Source of the DNA: Phoronis australis
Taxonomy: Eukaryota > Animalia > Phoronida
Direction: 5' to 3'
DNA: 64,000 nucleotides
Assembly (NCBI GenBank): GCA_002633005.1
Contig: NMRA01000054.1
Coordinates: 1,097,147-1,161,146, forward strand
In this document: in pieces, positions 1-14,800 of the stretch
How the letters are laid out: each line of letters opens with the position of its first letter
Position numbering within the stretch: position 1 is the first letter of the stretch
The notes under the pieces: generated by a model
Database searches by the model: none
Seen by the model: only the letters and a program-made list of their open reading frames with translations
What the model was told of the DNA's origin: nothing
Position numbers and translations under genes: made by a program

Positions 1-1767
1 TCTATTATGAAGATGACACCTTCTAATTTGGAATGGATTTGGCCTATTTTGTGCCATCTAATGGCCATTTTTATGATACTAAAAGAATCACCTCTAGGAG
101 CATACTGTTTGCATTGCATTCGTGGGTGCATTTCAACGCTCTGTTGCTCTTGTTTTAAAACTATTTACAATCATCATGCTGTCCAATTGTCACTGCTTTA
201 TAGTGGGCTATTCCAAAGATTCGCTCAAAAATGTCTTGCGCCTCAAAATGTATGTGAAGGAAAATAATGCATTTCATTCCTGTCAACTAGGCCCGCCTTG
301 CATTCCAAAATTGAGTGTTGATTGTTTCCTATTGCGAATGAGTACAAGATGCCAAAAGATCACTCACCTTTAGCAATGAAAATGACTTACAACTACCGTT
401 TTCAAGTTGTTCAAGAAAATTTTCAAGATTTATAAAATTCTTTTCTCGTCCGTTATTATATTGAAAGTGCTTATTTAATTCATCCGTGCCTGATTGAGAA
501 TCTCAACATTTACTGCTGGAACTTTTTCTTAAAAACAAGACTGCATTTAATGTCTTTCTTTTGATGTGCTCCACATTCCAAATCATCGTCTGCTTTAATC
601 TCATCGGCAGACGTACAGTTTGTCATGTCTGATGAGATACATGAAAGTGGATTGTCTTCTTCACTAATTTGTTAAGATCTTAAAAGGACAAACACAGAAA
701 TGAATTAAAAAGTGTTGTCGTTTCCAACAGATTTCAGGCTTGAGTAATAGTGATTGGTCTGGGTCACATTCTTTGATTGTGATGTACAGTACAAGACAAA
801 AGTAATCAGACAAAATACCGTTTTCCCCATCATCACGGCCAGTCTAGTTAAGCGCTGCAAATACTGGTAATAACTATTTGGCAACAAATTCTAATTATAT
901 AACGGCTTATCCACCTTACTAACTTCCCTGTTAATCCACTCATTCTCGTTCATGAGAGAAGAGTAGCAGTTGAATTTGGCTTCCGCCCTGACGTCATGAT
1001 TGAGAAATCCTGGTCATTTTGTCTTAATACTTTTAATTTGTACTGTAGTTCTGCTACGGACTGTTTTTGAAGTCATGTGGTGCCACATAGGTCATTCGCG
1101 AGTTGAACTCTCCTTTGTGTTGCCTGAGTTTTTGAGGACTAATATGCCTGAGGTTTAACACACCTTTGTTAACAGAGGTGCATGCATGACATCCATCGAC
1201 AATATGTCTGCTGTTAAGACAAATTCCAGTGGAGTCCTATTCGCGAATGATCCGTTGTTACCTGGTTTTCCATATTTCCATCTGATGGGATGGTTTTCTG
1301 AATGCTTTCTTTGGCAGTGCACAGTCTAAATGTTATATCAGATGTCTCTTCGATGCCATTGGTCAGATTTTTAATCTGACAGTTAATCGAAAATTGTGTG
1401 TTTAATTTTTGGTATGACTGTTTTTCTCTGCAAGATGCTTGAACTAACTTCAGGTATACTGCTAAAAAGTTCTGTTGACTGATAGAGTTCATTAAAAATG
1501 AATAAGGTTCTAGTGGCATAGCTAATACATTAATGCTACCTTGGCAGATTCGTCTGGAAATTCCATGATTGTAAGTAATCGGTAATACCGGGAATACATT
1601 ACTAATGTCTTGCTGGTGTTACTGGTCTGCATAAGTGTATCCTTGAACTGTCCATTTTCACTGCATATTCTCTTAACATTCAGTAATTGTAATGTATGTG
1701 TTGTTTGAAATGATTGCAATGTTTAGTGACCAGCCAAATCACTACAGCTACTATCTTGTCTCCATAC

Positions 1768-2148
1768 GTGTGTGAACTTGGAATCTTACTTAGTCTCGAG
1801 GTCACATATGCGTGAACTTGGAATACAGTGGAAACTTGACAACTTCACTCAAATAATCACTTTCACGTTGACAAAAATTTACACTAATTCGAATTTCATG
1901 TTGATAAAACAAAGTAAATTTTAACCAATCTTTTTTCAACTATTGGCGATCTTATTAACCAAACAATAATTGATTTATTACCATTCACATAAACCTCCAA
2001 TTATTCGGAACAATTTACGGTAAAGGAGAAAATGGGTGATCATGAGGCCTATAATTAAGAAAATTCACCCGGTTGCCAAAGTGAATATTCAATTCCAAGT
2101 TCACGCATACGCAATCTTGAGATTAAGCGGGATTTCAAGTTCATGCAC
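1768..2148. mobile_element. MITE with about 57-bp imperfect terminal inverted repeats
   Basis: gtgtgtgaacttggaatcttacttagtctcgaggtcacatatgcgtgaacttggaat is mirrored by attccaagttcacgcatacgcaatcttgagattaagcgggatttcaagttcatgcaca. Confidence 0.7.
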
Positions 2149-2295
2149 AGCAAAACCACACTAAAAATGTGGATCGTGTCATTCAATAAGGTTTGCCGAG
2201 ATCTGTACATAACGGTAATCCGATTTGTAATGGTGGCTTGGAGGTCATGGATAAAGCAGTCGGATTTGAGGTGTTGCAGTACATAATTGATTTTA

Positions 2296-2668
2296 CCGTA
2301 AAGCTTCTAATAGAAGCCGGGTCTCTAATAGACGCCTCACTGTAATAGAAGCGGGGAAGTCCATGTAGCTGAATTCAATAAACAAGACGTCTCGAATAGA
2401 AGGCTACTCCAATAGAGGCCCCCTCTGATAGAAGCCTTCATCTAATTGAGGCCGGGTCTCCATGTTGTCTGGATGACATCTAGGAGTAACACGTTACGAT
2501 TTAAGAGCTTATGATTTGCAAGGGTGAATTTTTTGTTTTCCACACTACATACCATATGTTGGTCTGACACAGGACCAAAATAAATAAACGCGGGTCTCAA
2601 ATAAATACCTCCTGTACAATAGACAAATTTGAAAAAATGACCGCCCCGGCTACCATTAGAAGATTTAC
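2296..2668. mobile_element. Tc1/mariner-pogo-like MITE
   Basis: ta-CCGTAAAGCTTCTAATAGAAGCCGGG at the left is inverted to CCCGGCTACCATTAGAAGATTTACA at the right; many internal aatagaRgcc sub-repeats. Confidence 0.6.
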
Positions 2669-2710
2669 AAAGTATTGTAAATGTATACTAATGCTAGGGT
2701 TTCTCTTCAG

Positions 2711-2811
2711 GTTGCTGTTGCTATTTCATTCACTCCAGGCAAGGCCAACTATACTGAGATTTTGACACCTCTAACAGACCTCAACAACAGAATCATACTA
2801 CTTTATGCAAC
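2711..2811 (+). CDS. GRIN1: GluN1 exon, amino-terminal domain ([33 protein letters not shown])
   Basis: ttctcttcag acceptor and gtgggt donor; resembles GluN1 'F.PG..N.T.LL......RVIIL.A'; phase 2 matches the next exon. Confidence 0.85.
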
Positions 2812-5800
2812 GTGGGTATACCTTTAGATAAAGTCATAAATTTGAGACAAAATGTCCCATTGTCTAGATGATAATGTTATGAAACGCTTTTTGAAATGCA
2901 CTCTCTAAATGCCAGTGTTACTATTCTCTCTGTCAGTACTTTCACCAGTATCCCTGTTTGTATTATTCATGACAGAGCCTAGTATTCTCTACCCCTTTAC
3001 CAAGGTTGAGGTTGAATGGTATTGGTTTAATGTATATTGCCAAGAATGCAACAGCCCAGTTGAAATAGTCAGTTCTAACATTAGCCTGTGATTGGATTGA
3101 CCCAGTTTTACCAAGACTAAACTATTCACAGCACACTTCACATAATCGTCAAAACAAGGTTCTGTGATAATCACTGTTAATCACACCAGGACATTTTGTC
3201 ATTCATATCTACCGCTGTGTGTAATACATTTGGCCTCATTACTTGGTATTGTAGATAACAGCACAATAATGTTAATCAACTAGCGTGAAATCTTTGCTGC
3301 TTGTTTCGTGACACTTTGTAGAAGAATGGATCTCCGTGGAGACGTCGACCTGTATGTTAGAATCTCACCAATTTGGGATGAAAGTTCTCATTTTTCCGTA
3401 AAAGTTACAAATTATTGCCTCAACATGTCCCAAGTTCTGGACAATAGCAACCATTGGACAACATTTTGGAAAATTGCAGGCATTCACAACAAAGTTAGAA
3501 GCCATTAAAAATGAAAAAAAGGGGAAATTTGTCAATTTTTTGTCAGAACTTGGTGAGATTTTACTGTGCACTAAATTTCAAGTCAGTCTTTTTCAAGTAT
3601 GCCACTCAGTGCTTCAGTGAATTGTCAGTGTGGGGTTCATTTTGTTGTCTGAATGTAATTGTAAGACTGATGGTAAAATGAAGATCCTTTTCAGAAAAAA
3701 AGTAATGGCTAATATTTATATACCAAGCTTGTTCTCTGAACATCCAAGCCTGTCTTAACATTTTAACATAAAGGGCGGGAGACAGCCAGAAAATGGGGCA
3801 ACTTTGGCCAAAAACACACCTCGTATGCAACGCCATCTACAGGGTTTGGTCTTAGAACGCACAGTGCCCGTTTTTTTTCTCTTGTTTTCGAGATCATACC
3901 AAGAACTACTTTGGTGTGACCGTGTTCTGATCTTGAACTCTCTCACTTATCTACATCGTGTTTTCAGGCAAGAAGATGCCACCGAAATTTTTGATGCAGC
4001 TGATAAGCTTGGCTTGACTGGTCCTTCATATGGCTGGTTGGTGACTGAGAGGGCCCTTAATGCACCTAATATACCTGAAGGTGCCCTCTATTGTTGTGTG
4101 TGATTAATTAAACAACCATTGTCACTCTGTCCTGGTTGAAAAATTAGACAAATATGTGCTTCTTGGTGATTAGGTTTTGACGAGTATGAAAGGAGAAAGA
4201 ATCCTTAACGAAAAAGTCTCAAAATATTTTGCGTAAGCAATGATTGTTTATTGAAATTTGTTATTATATGCTGTTAATGTGTTTTGTTAATGAATTCAAG
4301 AAAACATTAATTGAAAAAATGACATGTGATTTTTTCATGTTTTCTCACTTTAAAGGATATTGTAACATGAATTTTCAGTAATGTCTGCACTATGAAAGCT
4401 AGAGTCTGTATTATTCATGGGCATGGTTTAGTGGTAACTGCATTATGATTGGTTATTGTCTCGAGTAGCTAGGTGTTGATTGGCTAATAACTGAACCTGT
4501 AATACTCTCTTACACCAGGCATCCTGGGTGTGAAACTAATGAAAGGCCACGATGAGGAAGCGCATATCAGGGACAGTGTAAATATATTGACAACTGCAGT
4601 GTCATATCTTCACAAGACCCAGCCAGAAATGTTCAGCCAAGATATCAATACGCTGTGCAGTAACCAGTTTGGGATGGGGAGCCTTGAGGACAGTATTGAT
4701 GGTCTTGGAGAGATTATATACGAGTAAGGAAGGAATTCTGTGCTACAGGGCTTGGAATTTTCCGCGGAAACGCGGATTTCCGCTTTTTTCAAATGTTCTG
4801 TCCGCGTATTTTATTATATTTCCGCGTAAAAAATCAGATTTGTATAAAATTTCCGCGGCAAATTTCTTTCTCACCGCCGCGTTGCCGACGACTTTCACCT
4901 CGAAAAGCGGAAGTTGCTCTTTATGTTTGGAGGAACGTAAATTGTCAACATTGCCGGGGCATCTGGGATAGCGTGGTGGATTTCCTCAATGGTGGCTCGT
5001 GTGATTGTAGACCACGGTGACAAATACTACGACTCTGCAGCCAAAAATGTTTGGAGGTGGGAGTGGCGGACGAGCTAAGACAGACGCAGACGGCAAAAGG
5101 TCCACACCGACCTTTTCAAGGCTGGCTGCGCGCATGTTTCGGGCCGTAAAAATTTCCGCGTTTTTCGCCATTGGTCATTCCAAGCCCTGGTGCTAAGATA
5201 TTGTACAGTTTGATGTCGTAATGACCGTTGTATTGGGGCTAGTGTGTAATGGCAACAGTTTAACAAAGAAAAGTTGTGTATAAAGCAGTTTATTGCCATT
5301 CAGGAAAGCAGTGCTTACGATTTGCTAAATCGGCAGGTATATCCATTCAATCTACAACTGTAGAAGAAAATCACTGCTCTCTCTCTCTCAATTGTAACTG
5401 ATAAAGTTGTGAGCTTTACTGCCTGATGAGGCTTTTAGAAATGAAGCAGAACCGAAACCTTATGGATTTTTTAATGATAATACTCGTTCATCGATTTCTA
5501 ATTTTTTCTTTTCCGACTGTAAATGTTCCTTTTTTGCCCAGTGTTCAAACTTTTGTAAGGTTATTATCAATACTTTTGAACATTTTTGACTTTACAATCA
5601 GCATCGAGTTGAACTGTTCTTGGTTTTATTGCCATTAACCTATTTATGGACAGAGGGAGCTGTCACATGTGCAATTAATTCATGGATGATTCCCGCAAGG
5701 CGAAATACCTGTACACTTCGTAAACATTGTGTAGAGTGTCTCCCAGATGTACGGCGGCAACTGGGAAACTGTAGTTAGCCGATGTGTGATTTACTTCGCT

Positions 5801-8800
5801 GGTCAGCTGGTCAACCCTTGCCGTCCTTCGGAAATGCATTGTTGCTTCCTGTTTGACGAAATATCTGTGAATTGTATGGTTATCCTCTACTTATTTTGCA
5901 TAAAAAGAATTGACAAAATCGACCTTTTCCATTATCAATGAACGATTACCTTTTTACAAATAATTGTAACTTTAACAAATTTGTTTTGACATCTACACAC
6001 TGCAAGTCATGTTTGAAATAGACTGAAATGTTCTTTAATTTTCACTTTTATGGAGAAGTTTAAGGTAGGTGTATACACTGATCAAATCTCCAGGTTCCTA
6101 ACTAAAATGAGTAAAAAGGGAGTTTTAACTAGTTAGACATGACTCTGAAAGTGACAAAAATCGAAAAAAAAAGTGTTTTTTTGTAATTCGTTTTTTTAAA
6201 AAATCGTATTTTTTAATTTTCAAAAAATCCAATTTTACCTCGAATTTTTTTTCAAAATGCACAGGGATCATCATCAACTATTTCCTTACGCAATATTCTA
6301 CTTATCCATACCAAATATATGTACAAAATCATTATGATCTTGATTATATGGCATTTTTTGTGTGTGAGTTGGGGCAAGCACGCCACTTTTTGTCATTTGG
6401 TCATTTCCGTCTAATAACTAAAAATCTGGTCCATTTATCAAAAAACCCTGGCACGCGATTTTACTTCAGTCCAAGAGGATTTCAAATTTGCAACTTTCGT
6501 TAAAATTGACCAACGTGTTGTGGAAAAATAGGCCTGAGAATCGTGTCACTATCCTGAAATCACGAGCCGAGAAAAACGGCTTTGAAGTTAAGCGGTCATC
6601 GATTGTCACTTGAGATCAAATTTCGTTCAGAATGCGTGGTCATTATGTTCCAATTTTTGTTGAAGTACTAGAAATAAAGCTGATATTTACTTCATATTTA
6701 GAAAATGTGACATACCTGTTTGTTTACAGCGTAATTTTAATCATTTTTTCGAACTTGTGATGCACGACAGACGACCAAAACAAATATGGCTGTCACGTGG
6801 GCGGAGCTTAGCGTTGATCTATTGTCTGCTGTACTGGTGTGCCGACCACCATGTGTTGATTGTTTATACGATTCATCTGAACTCTCCACTCAGTTTGTAA
6901 AAGACTCTCTAACTATATTACACAGACCTATTTGTTAGTATTCCAATATTATCATCAACCAATATATGTGTTATATCAAATCGCCGCGTTACTGCCTACA
7001 TAACAATATTGGCGACGAGGATAAAGAACTACTTTCATAGTAATGGTTCAACATTTTTACGTGCCTGTACCGAATGGACTTTGGGATAAGAAAATATCAC
7101 TTTCTGCGCAAATAGCGCCGCTTGGGTGAGATTCTCAAGTTACTAAAGTTTCTTATATTGCTTTCCTCTAAAATCGTATAATATCATGAGTTTTAATTCA
7201 GGGTTACGTTTGAATCTATGCACTAGAAAATTTTTTGTTATGTTGAACACTGGGTCATTTCTCTAATTCTTTGGGTTACGGCCAGTGGCAAGTTAAAAAA
7301 CCTCTGGGTTTGACAGCCTAGTTTCTCCACGGCACGTTCCCAGCACAGAAGCACGGTTTATCTGCGAAGACTCTACTCTGACGGCATGTAGTTGTCCATG
7401 TGTCGCGCGCGCGGCTTGTCTTCACAGCGCGTGCATGCACTCTCACCGAATCGTGCAACACCACCCACGTCGACACTCAGCGTCCTCTCGCAAGACAACT
7501 GACCTTATATTACCGACTTCTCTTATACATGCACAATTTCTGCACGGACTCCTCAAGCTGAGTGCAGTGATGGCTTCGGTAGGGCTTGGCGTACTCAACT
7601 TAATTTTTTTGCAGATAGACAAACAGGCTCAGGCTCGGAACAGGAGCTAGTTCACCATTTCACTACTAACTTTCACATGGTCAAAAATAGAATTGTTTTA
7701 TTCTTGGTCTTGCTACAACACCAATATCAGCTGGTACATCACTCTCGATTGCCCGGTTACGCAATGCTTGTTGACAGGGTTAGATTAGAGCTAGTGTCCT
7801 TGTATATAAGCTCCGCCCCAGTTGTCAATCACTGAGCTGGTGAGCACTCAAGCCATATGACTTACTGAGGTTTGGTCAAATATAGCTAAAAAAACAACTT
7901 TGGATTTTCAGAATGATTTTATTTTTCTTCAGTATACTGTGCATCAAGAATTAAAGATTAGGATGATATGAAAATGTAAAAAACAGTCAAAATTAATTTT
8001 TTTGTGTATCCACCTACCTTAACAAAATAGAATTTCACTTGTTGGTCTCATGGCGAGCTAAATAAGTAAGAAATTACCATACTGTTAAATTTCACCATTT
8101 TTGGACAAAAAATTGTCATTTTGTAATTTTTCTAGATCTTATTACATTGTTGTGAGTGCTGACAATGTTTAAAGATATTGTCTGGAATGTGGTGGCTATA
8201 GTACAGACCTTGAATTTGATAAAGATTTTAATTTGGGGCTACAATTTTTTATGAAAAAATGTGAAAGTGAAAATTTCACATGTCTACCTATTGTGTCCTG
8301 AATTTGTGAGATTTTACCTGATGATAATAATCTGTCCTCAGCTATGAGCATGCAGGTTCAGGTAAAAAGTGATAAAAAGTCATTATCAAAAGGTCGTAAA
8401 AGGTCAATGTCAAATTTTAAGTCCTGCACTGTTTGTTTCCTAGAGCTCTTCGCAGTGTACAGCTCACAGATGGGTACTCAGGACAAAACGTTTCATTTAA
8501 CTCAGTGGGCGATAGGCAGTTAGCTGAGTATCAGATAATCAACACCAGGGGGCAGCCAGGCTTGAAGGACTACGTCGTGGGAAGCTATAATGTCTTGGTA
8601 ACCAGTTTTGTTCAATTTTGTTTTAAGTTTTGTTTTTGTCATCTGTCTACATGTTGATAGTCAGAATTTTGTCTTCGCTTTCCTGCTTCATTTTGGCGTG
8701 AATTTTCACAAAATGTGAAACTATTTTTTAAAGTGTCACATTCTTGTACATACGAAGATAACGAAGTTGTATAATAATGCTTGGGTTTTTACAAACTGCT

Positions 8801-11800
8801 TTATTCTTCAGTGATTTCCTAAGATATGCGGCAAGTCACAATTTTAGATTTTCAGTTATTTCTTATTTTTATTTCACCTAATGTAGAATTGCTTTGGTTT
8901 CATGAAATATTGTCTCTTACAAAATTGATGAATCCGCTTACTTCGCACTTTTCAAACCACACTAACGACCTCTTTTGTCATTTTTAAGTGCTTGTGTCAC
9001 ACAACATGTTGTCTTTATCTGATCACAGTAAAAGTTCGTCCAGTTACAAGGCTTTCTTGTGCTATCTGGACTTAATTCAAACTATTTTACACTATATTTT
9101 TTGAAATAAACAATTAAAACAAAAACGTAAAAATTCTTGGGACTAGTCACCATATTTTCTATTATTTTTAAAGGCTTGCTCCATTGTTGCAAATACCAAA
9201 TGCTCATTGATGACATCTGTATAAAACACAGCATTCTGAAAACTTAGCAAAAACTTCCTCTAAGTTGTTTTCGTTGCTAAATTTTACAGTGGATTACATT
9301 TCTCCACCAAACGGTGTGTCAAACGCAAGAACATTACTGTATATTCATTGTGAAAACTCGTGACTATGGATAATTTGCTGGAAGACAGTATGGGTGCACA
9401 TCACCCCCGTCTCCTGTTATTGTTCATGAACTGTGCCAAGTGTTCGGTGACTACTTTAATATCAGTTGTTTCAGTCAAACTACAGAAATAAGTATCTAAG
9501 CTGCTAAGTCTTTGTTTATCATAATATTGCTACATTTCGCAACACATTCTCCTGTTTGGGACAGTGATAAAATAATTATTTTGCTCAGGGTCAGAGCTAG
9601 TACTAAATTTTAGAAATAGACAATAATGGGCGTCAAAAATTCAAGAATTGCAATCAATGACAACCATCACTCACCTTGATATCGAGAGTATTGGGAAAAC
9701 ATCAGTGGCCATTTTCAACTATTTTATCAACTGCCAAGTATATTTTCAGACTCTTTTAAATACAAAGCGCAACGTTCGATATTTCTGAAATAAGATGAAT
9801 TCAAAAATCGCCCATGTTTAAATCTTCAGAATCAAGAAAAATCAATTTGAATTTCATTGTGTCAAATTTTCGAGACTCAAACTGGAGAATTTTTACCATA
9901 GATGGTGTAGTTGACCAGAACATTTTGTGTATGATCTCAGAATCCTGGGAAGCTGTTTGTCAACAACGAAGCAGTCATTTGGCCAGGAGGTGTCAAGGAT
10001 GTGCCTCAGTCTGAAATTTTAAAGGCAGAACTTCGGGTATGTACCACACTAACATGGCTGTTAGGGATGTTAATAGATGGTGTTGACTGGACACAAGGAA
10101 CAGGGTATACGCTTACACATACCAGGGCTTGGAATTTTCCGCGGAAACGCGGATTTCCGCTTTTTTCAAATGTTCTGTCCGTGCATTTTATTATATTTCC
10201 GCTTAAAAAAAATCGGATTTGATACAAAATTTCCGCGGCAAATTCCTTTCTTACCAGGGCATTGCCGACGACGTTCACCTCTAAAAGCAGAAGTTGCTCT
10301 TTATGTTTCGGAGGAACGTAAATTGTCAACATTGCTGGGGCATCTGGGATAGCGTGGTGGGATTTTCAATGGCGTCTCGTGTGATTGTAAACCGCAGTGA
10401 CAAATACTACGGCTCTGCAGTCAAAAATGTGTGGGGGTGGGAGTGGATGGACGAGATAAAAAGATTCAGACGCACGCTACTTATGGTAAAGTTTTTTTTT
10501 TTTAGTCCTACCGATTTTTGTCGGCAAATGGTTCACATCAACTATTTCAAGGCTGGGTAGCGCGCATGTTTTGGGCCGTAAAAGTTTCCGCGTTATTCGT
10601 CATTGGTCGTTCCAAGCCCTGACATACACGTGTGTGNGGTGCGTGCGTGTGTGTCATCAACCTTGAAAAACTGTTTGCTAGTAACTATTTTCATGGGAAA
10701 ACTATATAATTGAACATTGGTAGATGTTGCTCAGCTTACGGAACAATTATAGTTCCCAAGGCTGACTGTTATTCAACCTTGAACTTCAAGAGGTTATGAA
10801 CTTGTGATGTAGACCTCTTACTGCTCTCAATTTGTTCCTTACTCAGATGAGAAGAGATTTCTGGGATTGCAAAGAGCTGACTGTTCGTTATTCCGTGCTC
10901 GGCACCGTGACGAGCCAAAGTGTAGAGCCTGGTCTTAAGCAATAACCATCTGTCAGTTCTGAAATCACGTACAGTTCGACTAAAGAACAATTAGAGACCA
11001 ATTTCATAATTGCAATGGTCTAAATCATAATTTGCTTGTTATGGTAGAAGGTAGATTTATAGTCGCCATATACATTAAAAGGTGTTTCGTGAACCCTTGG
11101 ATGTTTTTATCAACTTTTTATGCATTAAGTCAGGTACAGGTCACACAATTACAGTGTCCTCATGACAGTTAATACAATAACTTTTTGTTTAGTCAAGGGT
11201 CTGTTGAGGTCAATTTATGTTGATGTATGCTGTTCTGTGAATGAGTAGATGTTTCCTGCGTCCAGGTGGTGACCATTGAAGAGACTCCGTTCTTGTTCTC
11301 ACGGGGGATGGAAGCTGATGAGCACCAGTGCAAGCGCAACTATGAACCGTGTCGCTTTAAGATTGACTCTGATGAGTGTAAAGCCAAACCACAGGAGATG
11401 TACTGTCCCAAAACACTGCCAAATGGAGGTGAGAGGTCAACTGACACTGGTTAGGGTGGAAGGTCAAAGAGCAGAGGTCGCAATATTGGTCACATCCAGT
11501 GACTCATCTAGGATTTGAAAATTGGGGGTCCAAATTCGTGAGGCTGACGAGTCATGCAAAGTGCAAATCTGAGGCGCGCAGCGCTGATGGAGGGGAAGGT
11601 GGGGGGATTCCTCCCACCCGCTGAGGAAAAAATTGTTACTTTAAAAAACTCATTTCCTTGCATTTTATTTAGCACACTGTTTGCACGTCTTTTTCTTGTT
11701 CAAAGGACGGCACATAGGGAAAATAAACAAAAATTAAGAAGTTTGTTCCATTCAGGATGTGTGTATTGTCACTAGACTGCAAAAATCAAGATCTGTAAAC

Positions 11801-14800
11801 CTTTTTAGTAATATAATCTCTGTAGAGTTGCATGTTAGACAGATAATCCTAGGCATGAGTACAGGAATCAATGTATCTTGAAGCTCTCAAAAGAGAAGTG
11901 TATTACTTTAATGCAGTTGAGAAACCATTTAAAATTATGAGAAGACAATGAAGTTGCATTCGAAAGGACATGAAGAAATATATCCTAGATTACATGTCTA
12001 CGTTTCATTTCATCGCACAGTATTGCAATTCACGAGTCTACACTGAACAAGACCATATCCTCAACAAATTCACAACTCAGGCCCATCAGTGCTCAACACG
12101 GGCGAAAATCTCCGCTGGAAAACAGGAGTGACGGCATATGTGCACTCGCGCTTGTATACCCGGACTTGGCTTCGTAAAGGATCGTGACCAAAAAAAATTC
12201 AAAACTCCGTGTTTAATTTGGCATTCGTATTTTTACGTTTCTAAACATAAATTTCAAGTCGTTTGGCTACGAGCCTCGCCAGTGGTCGCTGGGGACACCG
12301 TAGTTGTTAACGTCTTCTGCAGTGCATTGTAAGTGGATGCTTTGTTGAATTGAAACTTACCAGGTCGAAAGTGAATCACAGTCTTTCATAGTACGCTACA
12401 CGAAATTTATTCTTAAAAAGAACTATTCTTTTCTCGCAGTTTAAGAGTCAAATCCCCGGCCAGGTTCACAGCCGAAGTAATAGGTGCTGTGCACGTGACT
12501 GGCTGACCTACTTTTTTCCATATACGGCACGCAGTGCCACACACAGAGGATAAAGTCGAATCGCCCAATAATCATGGAATTCCACAAAAAGTTGATGTAT
12601 TTCGAGGCATTTACTTTCATGCTAAGTTAGTTATTGAATACGTAACCAACATTACACACCACATTTTTTCTCTTAAAGTTTGCACTGCATTCTCGTGCAT
12701 CAATATACGTCATTCGGCCGTGCGGATTTTTTTATATTTTTTCATTCATTCGTTCAAGTTGCAACAGAATTATGCGAACAAATTAAGGAAGTTTGCACTA
12801 AGTTTTATCTGGTTTGCATGTTCAACGACATTGATGGCATTTGGCAGATCAGTGCTAGAATTTTGGCGGGTATCATTTTTTTCGAAGTGTACATTCTCGG
12901 TTATTTCAAATTGGCTGCTCCATCGAATACATCGAGTGCCGTTTCAACTTCCGCGTCGGTAACTAGCATTAGGAGTACGGAAAATCCTTTGAACTTTGGG
13001 TGTGGGTTCTTCAATTTCAAAGATAAGTGTCCATGTATGGGTAGTTAGCGCTGGATGCAATATTTCTTGACACTAACCATGCGTGGGATTCCGTATGAAG
13101 TCACCTTGACGTCACAGAACAGGAAGGTATTCCCGAAAAATGGCTCCCAGTATTTGCCGATCGTCATTGTGACATTTATAGTAAAAATAGACAGCAAAAG
13201 TTTCTAATATCGAGTTATTTCTTAATATTTAGCAAACTTAAACAATGAATTGTAGGTTTCAATAAAATTTATTAATAAGAAATGTTAAAATTCTTCGTTT
13301 AGCCTTCATTTTCACCGAGGTTGTCTTGGAACAGGCTGTCTTTTTTCCGTCATGGCCGTGCCGTCCAAAGCCGTCGTTTTTTTTTAAAGGGCCATCCCAA
13401 GGACGGCCAGGATGGCCGCTAGATGAGTACCTGGTACTCACTATCACAACAGTTTGATTTGCGAAACATGCAATCTTTTTTCAGCAGTTAATTAAGTAAA
13501 ACAAATTTATTTAACTTCTGTGTAATAGGTTTTTGTGTCATTTCAACTTCAGTCAGTTATCACTTAAAGTAAAGTTGCTTTTTAAGGAGTCGTGTTGGGA
13601 CAAATACTGTGACCTGTGCTGGGGGCGTAAAGGTCGTCTAATAGAGAATTTTTAGAAGAAAAGTCAAATTTTCTGTGTAGCATTCATAGAAAAGTTCATA
13701 CTAGTATATTTTTTTTAAAGAAGATAGTTCTAAATGAAACTGTGTGGACTTGTAGAAACTTTTAATCACATATTTTTATAATGAGAGCACATACTTACAT
13801 TTTTGAAGTGAAATACAAAACATGGCTTTCAGATGCAGTAGGTGCTGACCTTTTAGTAGTCAACAATAATGTACTGTTATTTGCATACTTTATTGAATAT
13901 TTTCATGAGAAATTAATCACATCTTATTCCTAGCATAATACTTTATTTATACATGTTCCAGCGCCACCTGTAGCCCTGAACTTAGGAAATTTAAAAACAG
14001 TTTCGTATCGATTTTGTCAAGATGGAAAAATATGAATTAATTTTTCCCTGAAATAGCTTTTTGAGACCATTTAGTAGTTTCACTGGGACGTTTGAATGTG
14101 TGAGTGAATGTTTGTTTCATCCTCACTCGTGATGTTAATTTCCATTATTTTGTTGAAATAAATCATGTTGAAATAACAAAATTATTACAAAAGCAATTAA
14201 AACAAAGTATTATTAGTTGTCTAGCCTTTGGTTTGGATGTAACAGCTACATAATATTATTCACATTGTTTTGTGTATATGATGAATTTCAGCTTACAGAG
14301 ACGAGTGTACTATGAACTCGTCAAAATTCATTGGTTCACTTTGTCATGAGTCTGCTGTTGTCATTGGCTAGTTGTGCAGTCAATGATTTTGTTGTTGATC
14401 TTCACTTTACACATTTACATTGACTTTTTTGTAGAAACTGTCACCTATTGTTGTTATGGATATTTGGTCGACATGCTTTATAGACTCGTAGAAGATCTTC
14501 AGATCACCTTCGATTTCTATCAGGTGGCTGATGACCAGTATGGATCGTATGACTTTGTAAGTACAGTTGTACTCATATTGACAAAGAGGCTACAAAATAT
14601 GTTGTTATCCATGGAATGTGAAACTCAGATATAACACATTATTCAGCCAGTTTCCTTTTCTTCCTAATTTACTTGAAATTACCTGTCGTAGGGACAGTCA
14701 TTGGCAGTGTCATGCTCTCATCATCTCCCCACTCTTGTATCCTGATATTTCATTGGACGCCTTTCTTTAGCTTGTGGTAAAGCTCCCTAGAGTGTCCTCA

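Noticed and set aside
1214-1719. Two adjacent minus-strand ORFs (101 and 65 aa)
   Set aside because: No recognisable motif or splice structure; they may be decayed repeat sequence but I cannot support a call.
5423-5470. CTGATGA...GAAAC hammerhead-like spacing
   Set aside because: Stem II is poor, the required U after stem III is missing, and no stem I is evident.
11314-11335. CTGATGA-GCAC-ca-GTGC stem
   Set aside because: It lies in a GluN1 coding exon and is not followed by GAAA.
12534-13048. 142-aa and 122-aa ORFs
   Set aside because: Inside an intronic non-autonomous element, with no domain motifs.
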